Shown here: positions 1-9,616 of the stretch, one piece after another | How positions within the stretch are numbered: position 1 is the stretch's first letter | Layout of the letters: every line of letters begins with the position of its first letter | Assembly: GCA_963754385.1 (NCBI GenBank) | Contig: CAVWGE010000001.1 | Span: 441,633 to 505,632 of the forward strand | DNA length: 64,000 nucleotides | Source: an uncultured Chloroflexia bacterium | GTDB lineage: Bacteria > Chloroflexota > Dehalococcoidia > GIF9 > UBA5629 | Reading direction: 5' to 3' | The notes under the pieces: model-generated | What the model saw: the letters and a program-made list of their open reading frames with translations, nothing else | Database searches by the model: none | What the model was told of the DNA's origin: nothing | Made by a program: the position numbers and the translations under genes

Positions 1-630
1 CAGTGGCTTAAAGCTGTCTTTGCGCGTTTGTAGATAGCGCTCGAGCCACTGGGCTGCTGTGTCTGATAAAAAGACAACCCTTAGTTTATCTCCCTTACCT
101 CTGACGCCAAATTCTTTACGGTCCAGGTTTATCTGGTCACGGTTCAGCCGTACTAACTCTGAAACTCTGAGCCCGGTGCTAAACAGTGTTTCCAAGATTG
201 CCTTATCCCTGAGTCCTACCTCATCTGATATTTTGGGGCTGTTCAGCAGCCTTTCTACTTGCTCCGAGTTCAGAAAAGCGACTGAACGTTGACTTTGCTT
301 CGGCAGTTCGATTTTGTCCGGGGATAGGGTAGCAATATCCCGCTGAACCAGTAGATATCGAAGAAAAGCCCTCAAGGCGATAATATGGTAGGTCTGAGTG
401 ACACGTTTTAATAATGTTCCATCCGGATTGCATAGATGAGCCAGGTACAACCGGTATCTTCTAATAAGCTCTGATGTTATGTCATCAGGTCCTGTTGCCT
501 TGGAGTTTGCCTTGAGCCAGTCGAGGAAACGGTTTAGATAATGCCTGTATTCACGAATAGTAAGAGGTGACCGGCCTTTCTCGACCTCCATATATTCCAG
601 GAAATCATCGATGAGCGGTTCTAAGCTCAT
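1..630 (-). CDS. Tyrosine recombinase, XerC/XerD (phage-integrase) family; N-terminal 210 codons only, C-terminus lies beyond the left edge
   Basis: Absent from the ORF track because it runs off the window. My translation from ATG 630-628 is open to position 1: MSLEPLIDDFLEYMEVEKGRSPLTIREYRHYLNRFLDWL...LFSTGLRVSELVRLNRDQINLD...GKGDKLRVVFLS. This is a SAM-like N-domain plus the box-I arginine region typical of Xer/integrase proteins. Confidence 0.8.
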   Translation of the reverse strand, partial: MSLEPLIDDFLEYMEVEKGRSPLTIREYRHYLNRFLDWLKANSKATGPDDITSELIRRYRLYLAHLCNPDGTLLKRVTQTYHIIALRAFLRYLLVQRDIATLSPDKIELPKQSQRSVAFLNSEQVERLLNSPKISDEVGLRDKAILETLFSTGLRVSELVRLNRDQINLDRKEFGVRGKGDKLRVVFLSDTAAQWLERYLQTRKDSFKPL

Positions 631-699
631 GGCTGGCTCCGTTGGAGTGTTTTGGGCATATCTTCGATTCGCAAAAGTGCCGTTGTACGAATCAGTTTT

Positions 700-729
700 A
701 TGTTAACATTTTTTGTATGTGCTGTCAAT
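700..729 (-). promoter_or_regulatory. Candidate sigma70-type promoter of the recombinase gene
   Basis: Minus strand reads TTGACA (729-724), 18-nt spacer, TAACAT (705-700), about 70 nt upstream of the ATG at 630. Confidence 0.3.
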
Positions 730-792
730 ACGCGCTGTTTCGACGGTGCTGAAGACTCGCTACTGTACAAGGGAGATTTGTATTTTCTTTCC

Positions 793-1962
793 CTAGTTTG
801 CTTTTTCCTGTGTTAAGGCACTATCAGGGCTTCGGATCAAATGGGCAGCTATTTTAGCTAAGAGCTTGTCTAGTCCCCAGCCCTTTAACGCTGAGATGAC
901 TATTGTGGTATCATCCGGTGGTTTCAGAACCTTGGTCAGAGCCAAAGCGTTCATTTCCTCTTGATTCACCGCAATTGAATCCATCTTGTTAAGAGCCGTA
1001 ATCTGAGGCTTGCCGGACAGGTTGAGGTCGGCAAGTATTTTCTCTACTGTCTGGAACTGCTCAGCAGCGTCATGATGAGTTATGTCAACTACGTGCAGGA
1101 GCAGATCGGCTTCGGTTAATTCTTCAAGTGTAGCTCTGAAGGCAGCGACTATGGATGGTGGCAATTTGTGAATGAAGCCAACGGTATCGGTTAGCAGAAA
1201 TTGCTGACCATCGGGCAAAACCAAGCGGCGGGTCACCGGGTCTAGCGTGGAAAAGAGTTTGTCTTCTACCAAGACATCGGCTTGGCTCAAGGCGTTTAGC
1301 AAGGTGCTTTTGCCAGCGTTAGTATAGCCTACCAGGGCGACTACAGGAATACGGCTCCTCCTGCGCTTTTGGCGATAGAGTGCACGATGTCGTCTTACTG
1401 CCTCAATTTGGCTCTGGAGACGGTTGATTCGTTTGCGGATGAGACGTCGGTCTGTCTCCAACTGCGATTCTCCTGGGCCTCTGGTGCCAATGCCACCGCC
1501 TAGGCGTTCAAGATGGCTCCATTGTCCGGCGAGGCGTGGCAGGAGATACTGGTGCTGAGCCAGTTCTACCTGTAGCTGACCTTCACGGGTGTGGGCTCGC
1601 CTGGCAAAAATGTCCAATATCAGTGCTGTACGGTCGATAACCTTGACTTCCAGGGCTTCTTCTAGATTTCTCTGCTGCCGAGGTGACAGCTCATCATTGA
1701 AGATGACCACGCTGTATGGGGATTGCTCCCTGAACTTGATTAACTCTTCTAACTTTCCCTTGCCTAAATAATAAGTCGGAGAAGGTCTTCCCAGTTTCTG
1801 GGTTAGTCTGCCAACTACTTCGACACCGGCTGTCTTCGCCAGGTAAGATAATTCCTCTAGAGAACTGTCAATCGACCAACTGTCGGCAGAGGCTTTGCTA
1901 TCAACTCCAACCAGACAAGACCTCTCCTTTTCAGCTTTAGTTTTAAGTAAGGTTTGTCGCAT
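793..1962 (-). CDS. hflX: GTPase HflX
   Basis: 389 aa. P-loop GYTNAGKSTLLNAL, G3 LTDTVGFIHKLP, then AFRATLEE, and an HflX-type N-terminal domain (RTALILDIFARRAHTREGQLQVELAQ). Confidence 0.9.
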   Translation of the reverse strand: MRQTLLKTKAEKERSCLVGVDSKASADSWSIDSSLEELSYLAKTAGVEVVGRLTQKLGRPSPTYYLGKGKLEELIKFREQSPYSVVIFNDELSPRQQRNLEEALEVKVIDRTALILDIFARRAHTREGQLQVELAQHQYLLPRLAGQWSHLERLGGGIGTRGPGESQLETDRRLIRKRINRLQSQIEAVRRHRALYRQKRRRSRIPVVALVGYTNAGKSTLLNALSQADVLVEDKLFSTLDPVTRRLVLPDGQQFLLTDTVGFIHKLPPSIVAAFRATLEELTEADLLLHVVDITHHDAAEQFQTVEKILADLNLSGKPQITALNKMDSIAVNQEEMNALALTKVLKPPDDTTIVISALKGWGLDKLLAKIAAHLIRSPDSALTQEKAN

Positions 1963-1973
1963 GGATTAAAACA

Positions 1974-3155
1974 TTATGTTAACTTATTTTTTTTGGTCCT
2001 GTTCCAGTTTAACAATCGGCTTATGCCTTCATCAAGACGGTCATCGGGCAAGGTTAGCGACAAGCGGACATAACCTTCACCAGCATTACCGTAACCGACT
2101 CCTGGGGTTACTGCTACATTAGCCTTGTCCAATAATTCAGCGGTGAACTCTATCGATGTATAGCCATCAGGTATTCTAGCCCAGATGTAGAAGCTGGCTT
2201 TAGGTGACCTGGCTCTCAAGCCTATATCGTTGAGAGCTTTAACCAGTTTATCTCGACGTCGCTGATAAATGGCGTTATGTTCGGCAATGCAGCCCTGAGG
2301 ACCATTTAAAGCTTTGATAGCTGCTTGCTGAATTGCCTGAGGAATACCAGAGTCCAGGTTAGACTTAAACCGAAATAGAGCGTCTATCATCCGGGCATTG
2401 CCCACAGCCATGCCTATTCTCCAGCCCGTCATATTGTAGGTTTTGGACAAAGAATGGAATTCTATGCCTACGTCTTTAGCCTCAGGTGTCTGCAAGAAGC
2501 TTGGTGGTTGATAGCCATCGAAAGCAACCTCCGTATAAGGGGCATCGTGGCATATAGCCAGGTCATGTTTCTTAGCGAAACGCACTGCCTTCTGAAAAAA
2601 GGCGATATCAGCTACTGCCCCGGTGGGATTGTTGGGGTAATTTAGCCATAGGAGTTTAGCCTTCTCAGCTATTTTCTTAGGGATGCTTTCCAGGTCAGGC
2701 AGGAAGTCATTCTTCTCAGTCAGTGGCATGAAGTAAGGCTCGCCGCCAGCCAATAAAGTAGTCATGGAGTAGACCGGGTATCCCGGGTCGGGCACCAGAG
2801 CTACATCGCCAGGGTCAATGAAACAGAAAGAAATATGTCCTACGCCCTCTTTGGAGCCAATTAGCGGCAGCACCTCTTTATTCGGGTCAAGTGCCACTCC
2901 AAAGCGTTTCTGATACCACCGGGTGATAGCCTGGCAAAGCTCAGGCAGTCCTGCAGTTTCCGGATAGCGATGATTAGCCGGGTCACGTGCTGCCTGACAT
3001 AGCTGGTCTATTATGTGTTGAGGCGTTGGCATGTCAGGGTCGCCGATGGCGAAGCTGATTATATCCTCTCCCTTGGCTCGTTTCTCGGCAATCTTTCGAT
3101 TGATTTCTACGAAAAGATATGGTGGTAATTTTTCTAATCGACGTGCCATTTTCAT
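1974..3155 (-). CDS. dapL: Class I/II PLP aminotransferase, probable LL-diaminopimelate aminotransferase
   Basis: 393 aa. N-terminus RLEKLPPYLFVEINRKIAEKRAKGEDIISFAIGDPDMPTP; PLP-lysine region HSLSKTYNMTGWRIG; NYPNNPTG motif. Sits in the same operon as dapF. Substrate assignment is inference. Confidence 0.65.
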   Translation of the reverse strand: MKMARRLEKLPPYLFVEINRKIAEKRAKGEDIISFAIGDPDMPTPQHIIDQLCQAARDPANHRYPETAGLPELCQAITRWYQKRFGVALDPNKEVLPLIGSKEGVGHISFCFIDPGDVALVPDPGYPVYSMTTLLAGGEPYFMPLTEKNDFLPDLESIPKKIAEKAKLLWLNYPNNPTGAVADIAFFQKAVRFAKKHDLAICHDAPYTEVAFDGYQPPSFLQTPEAKDVGIEFHSLSKTYNMTGWRIGMAVGNARMIDALFRFKSNLDSGIPQAIQQAAIKALNGPQGCIAEHNAIYQRRRDKLVKALNDIGLRARSPKASFYIWARIPDGYTSIEFTAELLDKANVAVTPGVGYGNAGEGYVRLSLTLPDDRLDEGISRLLNWNRTKKNKLT

Positions 3156-3186
3156 AGAAAGTCGTTGCCTCCTGACTTTAGCTTGA

Positions 3187-3738
3187 TTAAAATACCTCTA
3201 GGAGCTGTCGTGATACAATTAAGTAAAAATGGTCGCAAGCACTTCTTCTTTGCGGTTTGAAATAATCTTCTGCTTCAAGGAACTTGTGGATTTTAATGCC
3301 AAGCCAGCGATTCCTTGCTAACAGAATTCGCTCAGAGTTAGCAAATCCGCTGAATTGTCGTTTATTGATCTTCTCATCGAAAAACCCTGATAAGCGTTTG
3401 CCTAGTTCACCAGGGGTTGGAAAATGGACAAGCCCACAATATAGACCAGTTTGCTTTACCTGGGTCGCCTCACCTTTTTTTCTTTCCTGACTCTCGAAAA
3501 AACGGACATGTTCTATTGCAACGAAACCGCCGGTTTGCTTATCTTTTATTAGATAGTCTGGTTGCGGTAAGTTACGCTCACCTACATCGGACAGGTCTAC
3601 AATTTCAAATGCGGTTTTCCTTAATCTAGCGAGGCATTCAACGAGATATTTTATATCAAATTTCACTAAATCATCCTCGGCATCAGTGAGTGGTTGTTCT
3701 ACCTGTTCCGAGCAATTTACTACCTTCATTTCAGCCAC
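3187..3738 (-). CDS. Hypothetical protein (183 aa), no recognisable family
   Basis: Long ORF on the operon strand. Its start overlaps the dapF stop by 13 nt. Visibly more AT-rich than its neighbours. Contains PDYLIKD...VAIEHV, a weak PD-(D/E)xK-like pattern that is not diagnostic. Confidence 0.55.
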   Translation of the reverse strand: MAEMKVVNCSEQVEQPLTDAEDDLVKFDIKYLVECLARLRKTAFEIVDLSDVGERNLPQPDYLIKDKQTGGFVAIEHVRFFESQERKKGEATQVKQTGLYCGLVHFPTPGELGKRLSGFFDEKINKRQFSGFANSERILLARNRWLGIKIHKFLEAEDYFKPQRRSACDHFYLIVSRQLLEVF

Positions 3739-4586
3739 TCTCCGGTAAAAACTTCTTCAACCGGTCCGCTCAGATATACCTCCCCTGCTCCATCCCAGGT
3801 TATGGTTAAGCTGCCACCTGATAACATTATGTCAACTTCATTGTCTGTGTAGCCTTTAAGCCTGGCGATTACAGCTATGGCGCAGGCACCGCTGCCACAG
3901 GATAGAGTTTCACCGGCTCCTCGTTCCCAAACTCTTGCCTCAATTTTGTTTCGATTTAAAACTCCGGCTATCTCGAAATTTATCCTCTCTGGAAACATAG
4001 GATGGTTTTCTACCTGTGGGCCTATCCCAGAAAGATGAAAATCAGCTACAGGCTGGGATAAGAAACTTACGGCATGGGGATTTCCCATTGATACAAAGGA
4101 TAAAGTCAACTCCCTTCTGTCTATGGTCAAAGGATAATCTAAGATAGGTGTTATGTCAACTTCTCCCCTGCCCTTTTGCTGCTTGTCTATTGTGACTGGT
4201 ATATCTTTAGTTCCGAATCGAGGCATGCCCATATTCACTTTAGCCTGTTTAACTTTACCTTGGGATATAGAAGCCTGTATAGTTCTGGTACCACCTATGG
4301 TCTCCACAGTTAAGTTTTGTCCGGCAGTTATTCGTCTGTCAATAACATATTTAGCAAAGCACCTTAAGCCATTGCCGCAGACCTCAGCCTCAGAGCCGTC
4401 GGGGTTGAACATGCGCATTTTTAAATCCGCAGCCTTTGAAGGCATCACCAGGAGCAGCCCATCGGCGCCTATGCCGTGGTGGCGGTGACACATATCTCGT
4501 GCCAACTTTGGCCAGTCACGTTCCATATTTCGGGTATCTAGCAAGATAAAGTCGTTCCCTGTAGCCTGCAATTTAGTGAAGTTCAT
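3726..4586 (-). CDS. dapF: Diaminopimelate epimerase
   Basis: 286 aa. TGNDFILLD, MRMFNPDGSEAEVCGNGLRC and the second catalytic-Cys region ETLSCGSGACA. Confidence 0.9.
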   Translation of the reverse strand: MNFTKLQATGNDFILLDTRNMERDWPKLARDMCHRHHGIGADGLLLVMPSKAADLKMRMFNPDGSEAEVCGNGLRCFAKYVIDRRITAGQNLTVETIGGTRTIQASISQGKVKQAKVNMGMPRFGTKDIPVTIDKQQKGRGEVDITPILDYPLTIDRRELTLSFVSMGNPHAVSFLSQPVADFHLSGIGPQVENHPMFPERINFEIAGVLNRNKIEARVWERGAGETLSCGSGACAIAVIARLKGYTDNEVDIMLSGGSLTITWDGAGEVYLSGPVEEVFTGEWLK

Positions 4587-5523
4587 GATTAACCTGCTTG
4601 TAGTTGAGATCAGCCAGAGAAGATTCTATTAAGTCAATGGTTTCTTTCTGTATGTCGTCATATTCGTTGAACCAGTGAATTCTGGCATCGTTCAGGTGAA
4701 ACCAGGCATATTGATGGCGGGCAAAGCGATGTGTCTCATATTTCATTTGCTGAATAGCTGTGGTCAAATCCAACTTTTCCTGAAAAACCTTGCCTATCTG
4801 TTTATACCCTATGCCAGACATGGAAGGCAAATCCAGACTGTAGCCCTTTATCGTCAAATGCTTCACTTCATCTACTAGCCCTTGTTTTATCATCTCATCT
4901 ACCCGGGAGTCAATTCTACGATATAAATTATCTCTCTGCATAGTCAAGCCGATAATTAAAACAGGGTATGATGGTGGTTGCTTCTGCCATAGTTGGGAAA
5001 CTGGTTGTCCTGTTATGTGGCATATCTCCAGAGCTCTGATGATGCGTCGCAGGTTGGTGGGCATAATCCTTGTGGCAGCTGCCGGGTCTATTTTCTGCAA
5101 TTCTTGATACAAAGTGTAGCCACCTTCTTTTTTGGCTCTTGCCTCAAGGCTATATCTGAGTTCGGCATCGGGAGCCACCGGTGGTATTTTCCAGCCTTCT
5201 ATTACCGACCAAACATAGAGGCCGCTGCCACCGACTAAGAAAGGGAGTTTATGCCGTTTCTGAGTATCTTCAAGTGCCTCAAAAGCCAGTTTTTGGTAAA
5301 TAGCCAAGCTGAATGTCTCATCGGGGTTAATCAGGTCAATAAGGTGATGTCTAATCAGAGACAACTCAGCATGACTGGGCTTGGCCGTGCCGATGTCCAT
5401 GTAGCGATAAACTTGTCGGCTGTCAGCATTTATTATCTCGCCATTGAAATCTTTGGCCAAGCGCAAAGCAAGCTGGCTTTTGCCTACTGCTGTTGGACCG
5501 ATAACAGCAACGAGGCACTTCAT
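4573..5523 (-). CDS. miaA: tRNA dimethylallyltransferase
   Basis: 316 aa. P-loop VIGPTAVGKSQLALRLA, then INADSRQVYRYMDIGTAKP and HHLIDL. Confidence 0.9.
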   Translation of the reverse strand: MKCLVAVIGPTAVGKSQLALRLAKDFNGEIINADSRQVYRYMDIGTAKPSHAELSLIRHHLIDLINPDETFSLAIYQKLAFEALEDTQKRHKLPFLVGGSGLYVWSVIEGWKIPPVAPDAELRYSLEARAKKEGGYTLYQELQKIDPAAATRIMPTNLRRIIRALEICHITGQPVSQLWQKQPPSYPVLIIGLTMQRDNLYRRIDSRVDEMIKQGLVDEVKHLTIKGYSLDLPSMSGIGYKQIGKVFQEKLDLTTAIQQMKYETHRFARHQYAWFHLNDARIHWFNEYDDIQKETIDLIESSLADLNYKQVNHELH

Positions 5524-6284
5524 TGGGTTGATTTGAGACTGGCTGTCTGCCTGATGATGCTCACAAACTCGTCGGCTTTAAGGCTAGCGCCACCTACCAG
5601 AGCACCATCGATATCAGCTTCGGTGATAAATTCAGCGACGTTGTTGCTGGTGACACTGCCACCGTACAGTATGCGTATTGCTTTGGCTATTTCTTTATTC
5701 CAGCTATTAGCCAGGATGCTGCGAATAAGGCTGATTGTGGCATTGGCTTGTTTGCCTGTGGCTGCCCTGCCGGTGCCAATAGCCCAGATCGGCTCATAGG
5801 CGATAACCAGTTGGCTTGTAGGATTTATCCCTCCTAAACCTGCGTTTACCTGCCTGGTGATTTTATGCTCTGTTTTGCCAGCTTCGTTATCTTCCAGAGT
5901 TTCTCCGACACATAGAATAGGCTTAACCCCAGATTCTAAAGCTTTTTTTACCTTTTTGTTGATAATCTCATCTGTCTCGGCAAAATACTGCCTGCGTTCT
6001 GAATGCCCGAGGATGACAAAATCACACAGGTCAACCAGCATAAGAGGTGATATTTCGCCGGTGTAGGCACCTTTGTCTTCAAAGTGCATGTTCTGAGCGC
6101 CGAGCATAATAGATGTACCTTTAATTAGCTCTTTTATAGCAGCCAGAGAGATGAAGGGTGGACATAGTACTTTTTCTACACTGTCTATACTATTCAGTTC
6201 AGCCAGCATAGCCCTGACGAGATTTTCAGCCTCTTCAAGCCTGGTGTTCATTTTCCAGTTGCCAGCGATTAAAGGTCTTCGCAT
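5520..6284 (-). CDS. tpiA: Triosephosphate isomerase
   Basis: 254 aa. IAGNWKMN, ILGHSERR, AYEPIWAIGTG, ILYGGSV. Confidence 0.92.
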   Translation of the reverse strand: MRRPLIAGNWKMNTRLEEAENLVRAMLAELNSIDSVEKVLCPPFISLAAIKELIKGTSIMLGAQNMHFEDKGAYTGEISPLMLVDLCDFVILGHSERRQYFAETDEIINKKVKKALESGVKPILCVGETLEDNEAGKTEHKITRQVNAGLGGINPTSQLVIAYEPIWAIGTGRAATGKQANATISLIRSILANSWNKEIAKAIRILYGGSVTSNNVAEFITEADIDGALVGGASLKADEFVSIIRQTASLKSTQ

Positions 6285-6286
6285 GA

Positions 6287-7492
6287 TTAGGCTCCAAACT
6301 TAGTTAATTTTAGAGCATTAGCCATAGCTAAAGGCATGATATCTGCAGCGGGGAGTCTACCCAGTCCTCCAGAGATACAGGCTGATTCAGAGAATTCCTT
6401 AACTTTGTCATGCCGACACCACTGGGAATATAGCAAGACAGGTACTGGATGCCAGCTATGCCCTTTTAGCAAAGCCGGAGTTGAATGGTCACCGGTAACG
6501 ATGATAACCTCGGGTTTTAGATTCAGTAATTGAGGCAAAGCCGAATCAACCTGTTCGATAACCTTGACTTTCCTCTCAAAATCTCCATCCTCACCGGCGC
6601 TGTCTGCATGTTTGACGTGAACATAGAAGAAATCGTGTTTGGCGTAGCAATCGTTCAGAATCTTAAGTTCCTCCTGGATGCCACTATCAGCGTTGAATAT
6701 TTTCATTCCTACCAGCTTAGCCAGCCCTTTATACATGGGGTAACCGGCTATAGCTGCTGGTGTCAGCTTATATATGTCATTCATTGATGGGATATGTGGT
6801 AGTTTGGAAAACCCGCGAAGCAGAATCATGTTAGCCGGGTGATGTTTGGCTAGAACTCCTTTAGATTTGTTAATAAAGTCATTTACAGTATCAGCAGTGT
6901 GTTTGGCTGTTATTTTCGTGTACTTAGCCGGGTATGGAACTACTCCTGTCTTTTGGGGGTCGGTATCGCTAATCTCAGCAGCTAATCCTTCGCCACGTAG
7001 AACAAACGAAAACCGATGTTCTTTGACCGGCAAGACAAAGCTCTCGACTCCTTGCAATTTGATCCGGCTCAGCAGCGTACATAGTTCGGTGCATTTATCC
7101 GTGGCAATGCGGCCAGCTCTGCGGTCGGTGATAAGCCCTTTGCCATCAACCGTACAGAAATTACCTCGAGCCGCGACGTCGTTCTTTTTGAGTTCAAAAC
7201 CGATTCCTAATGCTTCTAGAACTCCTCGCCCAATGGTGAACCTGAGAGGGTCATAACCAAATAGTGCCAGGTGACCTGGTCCACTCCCCGGAGTAATCCC
7301 CGGGCTTACCGGGTCAATAAGTCCGCATATCCCTTTCTTAGCTAGTTGGTCGAGATAAGGGGTGTGAGCTGTCTCCAGTTCTGTCTTGCCAGTCTTAACA
7401 TCAGGTAATCCGCCTAAACCGTCGATGACCAACATCACTATCTTAGATGGCGAGACTACGCTGATTTGCTTTATTTCTTCCAGAGGAATCAT
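6287..7492 (-). CDS. apgM: Cofactor-independent phosphoglycerate mutase, archaeal ApgM type
   Basis: 401 aa. VMLVIDGLGGLPD...TELETAHTPYLDQLAKKGICG and VTGDHSTP metalloenzyme motif. Lies between tpiA and pgk. Confidence 0.8.
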   Translation of the reverse strand: MIPLEEIKQISVVSPSKIVMLVIDGLGGLPDVKTGKTELETAHTPYLDQLAKKGICGLIDPVSPGITPGSGPGHLALFGYDPLRFTIGRGVLEALGIGFELKKNDVAARGNFCTVDGKGLITDRRAGRIATDKCTELCTLLSRIKLQGVESFVLPVKEHRFSFVLRGEGLAAEISDTDPQKTGVVPYPAKYTKITAKHTADTVNDFINKSKGVLAKHHPANMILLRGFSKLPHIPSMNDIYKLTPAAIAGYPMYKGLAKLVGMKIFNADSGIQEELKILNDCYAKHDFFYVHVKHADSAGEDGDFERKVKVIEQVDSALPQLLNLKPEVIIVTGDHSTPALLKGHSWHPVPVLLYSQWCRHDKVKEFSESACISGGLGRLPAADIMPLAMANALKLTKFGA

Positions 7493-8682
7493 TTCTCTTT
7501 ATCCAGCAACACAGATACACCAGGCAGCGTTTTCCCTTCGAGGAAATTTAAGCTGGCACCACCGCCTGTGGATACATGAGTCATTTTATGCGCCAGGTTC
7601 ATCTCTTCAACGATTTCAGCTGTTGAGCCACCACCAACAATGGTCTTTGCTTTTATGCTGGCCAGTAGTTCAACCATGGCCTTGGTTCCCTGTGCAAATT
7701 GAGGTATCTCATAAACTCCCACAGGGCCGTTCCAAAAAACTGTTTTACATTGTCTAATCTGTTGAGAGAAGAGTTCAATGGTTTTCGGGCCGATATCGAC
7801 GATGTTTTTATTCGCTGGTATGTCGGTTATTGCTACGATCTCGCCTGTAGCTTCTAAGGTGATGCTATCGGCTACCATAACATCTATAGGCAGGAATAAG
7901 GATACACCTTTTCGCTTGATGGCTTCCATCAACTCGTGGGCTAAGCCTTGCTTGTCGCTCTCTACTAAAGAGAGGCCTACTTTGTAGCCCTTAGCTTTCA
8001 GGAAAGTGGCTGACATGGCACCGCCGATGAGCAGCAAGTCAACTTTGTCTGAGATGTTTTGAATCAAGCCTATCTTGTCGCTGACCTTGGCGCCTCCCAA
8101 CAGAGCACCGAATGGATGTTCAGGACTAGTTAGAAGGCTGCCCAGAGCTTTCAATTCTTTTTCCATCAACAAGCCAGCGACTGCTGGCAGGTATTTAGCT
8201 ATTCCTACTGTTGAGGCGTGAGCTCGGTGTGCCGTGCCGAAAGCATCGTCTACATAGATGTCAGCCAGCTTGGCTAAGGCTTGGGCAAAAGAAGGGTCAT
8301 TGGCTTCCTCCTCGGCATGAAAGCGTATGTTCTCCAGAAGCAGAATATCACCTTCCTTAAGGGTATTTACGGCTTTTTCAACATCAGCGCCTATGCAATC
8401 GGAAGCAGTTGATACTGGCAACTTTGTGATTTGAGAAAGCCGTTTTGCTATGGGAGCCATTCGTAACCCCTCGACCACCTTGCCATCCGGGCGTCCCAGG
8501 TGAGAACACAGGATAATTTTCGCCCTACGGGCAGCCAGGTATTTTATGGTAGGCAGAGCCGCCCGAATACGGCTGTCATCGGTAATGGCACCGGTCTTCA
8601 TATCCAGCGGCACATTGAAATCAACTCTAACTAGAACTCTCTTTCCCTCGACTTCTATGTCGCGAATAGTCTTTTTAGCCAA
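7489..8682 (-). CDS. pgk: Phosphoglycerate kinase
   Basis: 397 aa. RVDFNVP, CSHLGRP, FWNGPVGVYE, STGGGASL. Confidence 0.95.
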   Translation of the reverse strand: MAKKTIRDIEVEGKRVLVRVDFNVPLDMKTGAITDDSRIRAALPTIKYLAARRAKIILCSHLGRPDGKVVEGLRMAPIAKRLSQITKLPVSTASDCIGADVEKAVNTLKEGDILLLENIRFHAEEEANDPSFAQALAKLADIYVDDAFGTAHRAHASTVGIAKYLPAVAGLLMEKELKALGSLLTSPEHPFGALLGGAKVSDKIGLIQNISDKVDLLLIGGAMSATFLKAKGYKVGLSLVESDKQGLAHELMEAIKRKGVSLFLPIDVMVADSITLEATGEIVAITDIPANKNIVDIGPKTIELFSQQIRQCKTVFWNGPVGVYEIPQFAQGTKAMVELLASIKAKTIVGGGSTAEIVEEMNLAHKMTHVSTGGGASLNFLEGKTLPGVSVLLDKEK

Positions 8683-9466
8683 CCTGTTTCCTTGATATGG
8701 TTTGTTCTAGCTTTCTCTTTATATTCTCGGCTTCGGCTACTGCTGCTGGAGCTGTTTCGAATACGCTTTTCCCCAGGCGGTCAGCTTCAGCGATTTCAGA
8801 GTGATAATTGATAAAACCTAATACCTCAAAATCAGGCAGGTTGTCGATAATAAACTTACGTTCATCGTCGTCGTGCGTTTTTGAGCCAACGATATAGCAT
8901 TTTTTAACGCCCAAATCTTTGGCTAAATCCCGAATGGCCCGAGCTGTCTGAAAACTTCGCTGCCCCGGTTCAACTACTATGATGAAAGCATTTACACTTT
9001 TAGCCGTCCCGCGTCCCAGGTTCTCTACGCCGGCATCCATATCCATGATAACCACTTCAGACCTGCTTAAAACCAGATGGCTGACCAAGCTCTTGAGCAG
9101 CGCTCCTTCTGGACAGAGGCACCCACTGCCTCCCTTTTTTACCGTTCCCATGACTAGTAGCTTTATGCCGTCTTTTTGAATTGAAAACCGCTCGGGAATA
9201 TCGTCAACTTTGGGATTAAGCTTGAAAAATGTGCCGAAGCTGCTTGGTTTAGCTCCGGTGCGTTCTTGTATCAGGTCTTGGAGTTCGGCGATTGGAGTTA
9301 TGCGTCGGGCTTCGTCATCATCGATGCCCAAAGCTGTAGCTAAGTTAGCATCGGGATTAGCATCAATGGCTATGACCTTGTTGCCTTCAGTGGAATATAT
9401 CCAGGCCAGAAGGCTTGTCAACGTAGTTTTGCCTACACCACCTTTACCAGTAATAGCTAGTTTCAT
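8675..9466 (-). CDS. CooC/AcsF-family (MinD/ParA-fold) ATPase, putative metal-centre maturation factor
   Basis: 263 aa. Deviant Walker A ITGKGGVGKTT plus a GSGCLCPEG Cys-x-Cys motif like the CooC nickel site. First gene of the glycolytic operon. Confidence 0.65.
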   Translation of the reverse strand: MKLAITGKGGVGKTTLTSLLAWIYSTEGNKVIAIDANPDANLATALGIDDDEARRITPIAELQDLIQERTGAKPSSFGTFFKLNPKVDDIPERFSIQKDGIKLLVMGTVKKGGSGCLCPEGALLKSLVSHLVLSRSEVVIMDMDAGVENLGRGTAKSVNAFIIVVEPGQRSFQTARAIRDLAKDLGVKKCYIVGSKTHDDDERKFIIDNLPDFEVLGFINYHSEIAEADRLGKSVFETAPAAVAEAENIKRKLEQTISRKQVG

Positions 9467-9616
9467 ATCCTATTACCAGGTTCTGAAGAAGACGGTTTTG
9501 CCGGTGGATTATCCCCAATCTTGGGATTATCATTTTCGTAGCAAATCTAGGTGGAGTATATCTGATGCTGAGGACAAAATCAAGGGGGTTTTTATCAAAT
9601 CTAGTTCCCAAGTTAA

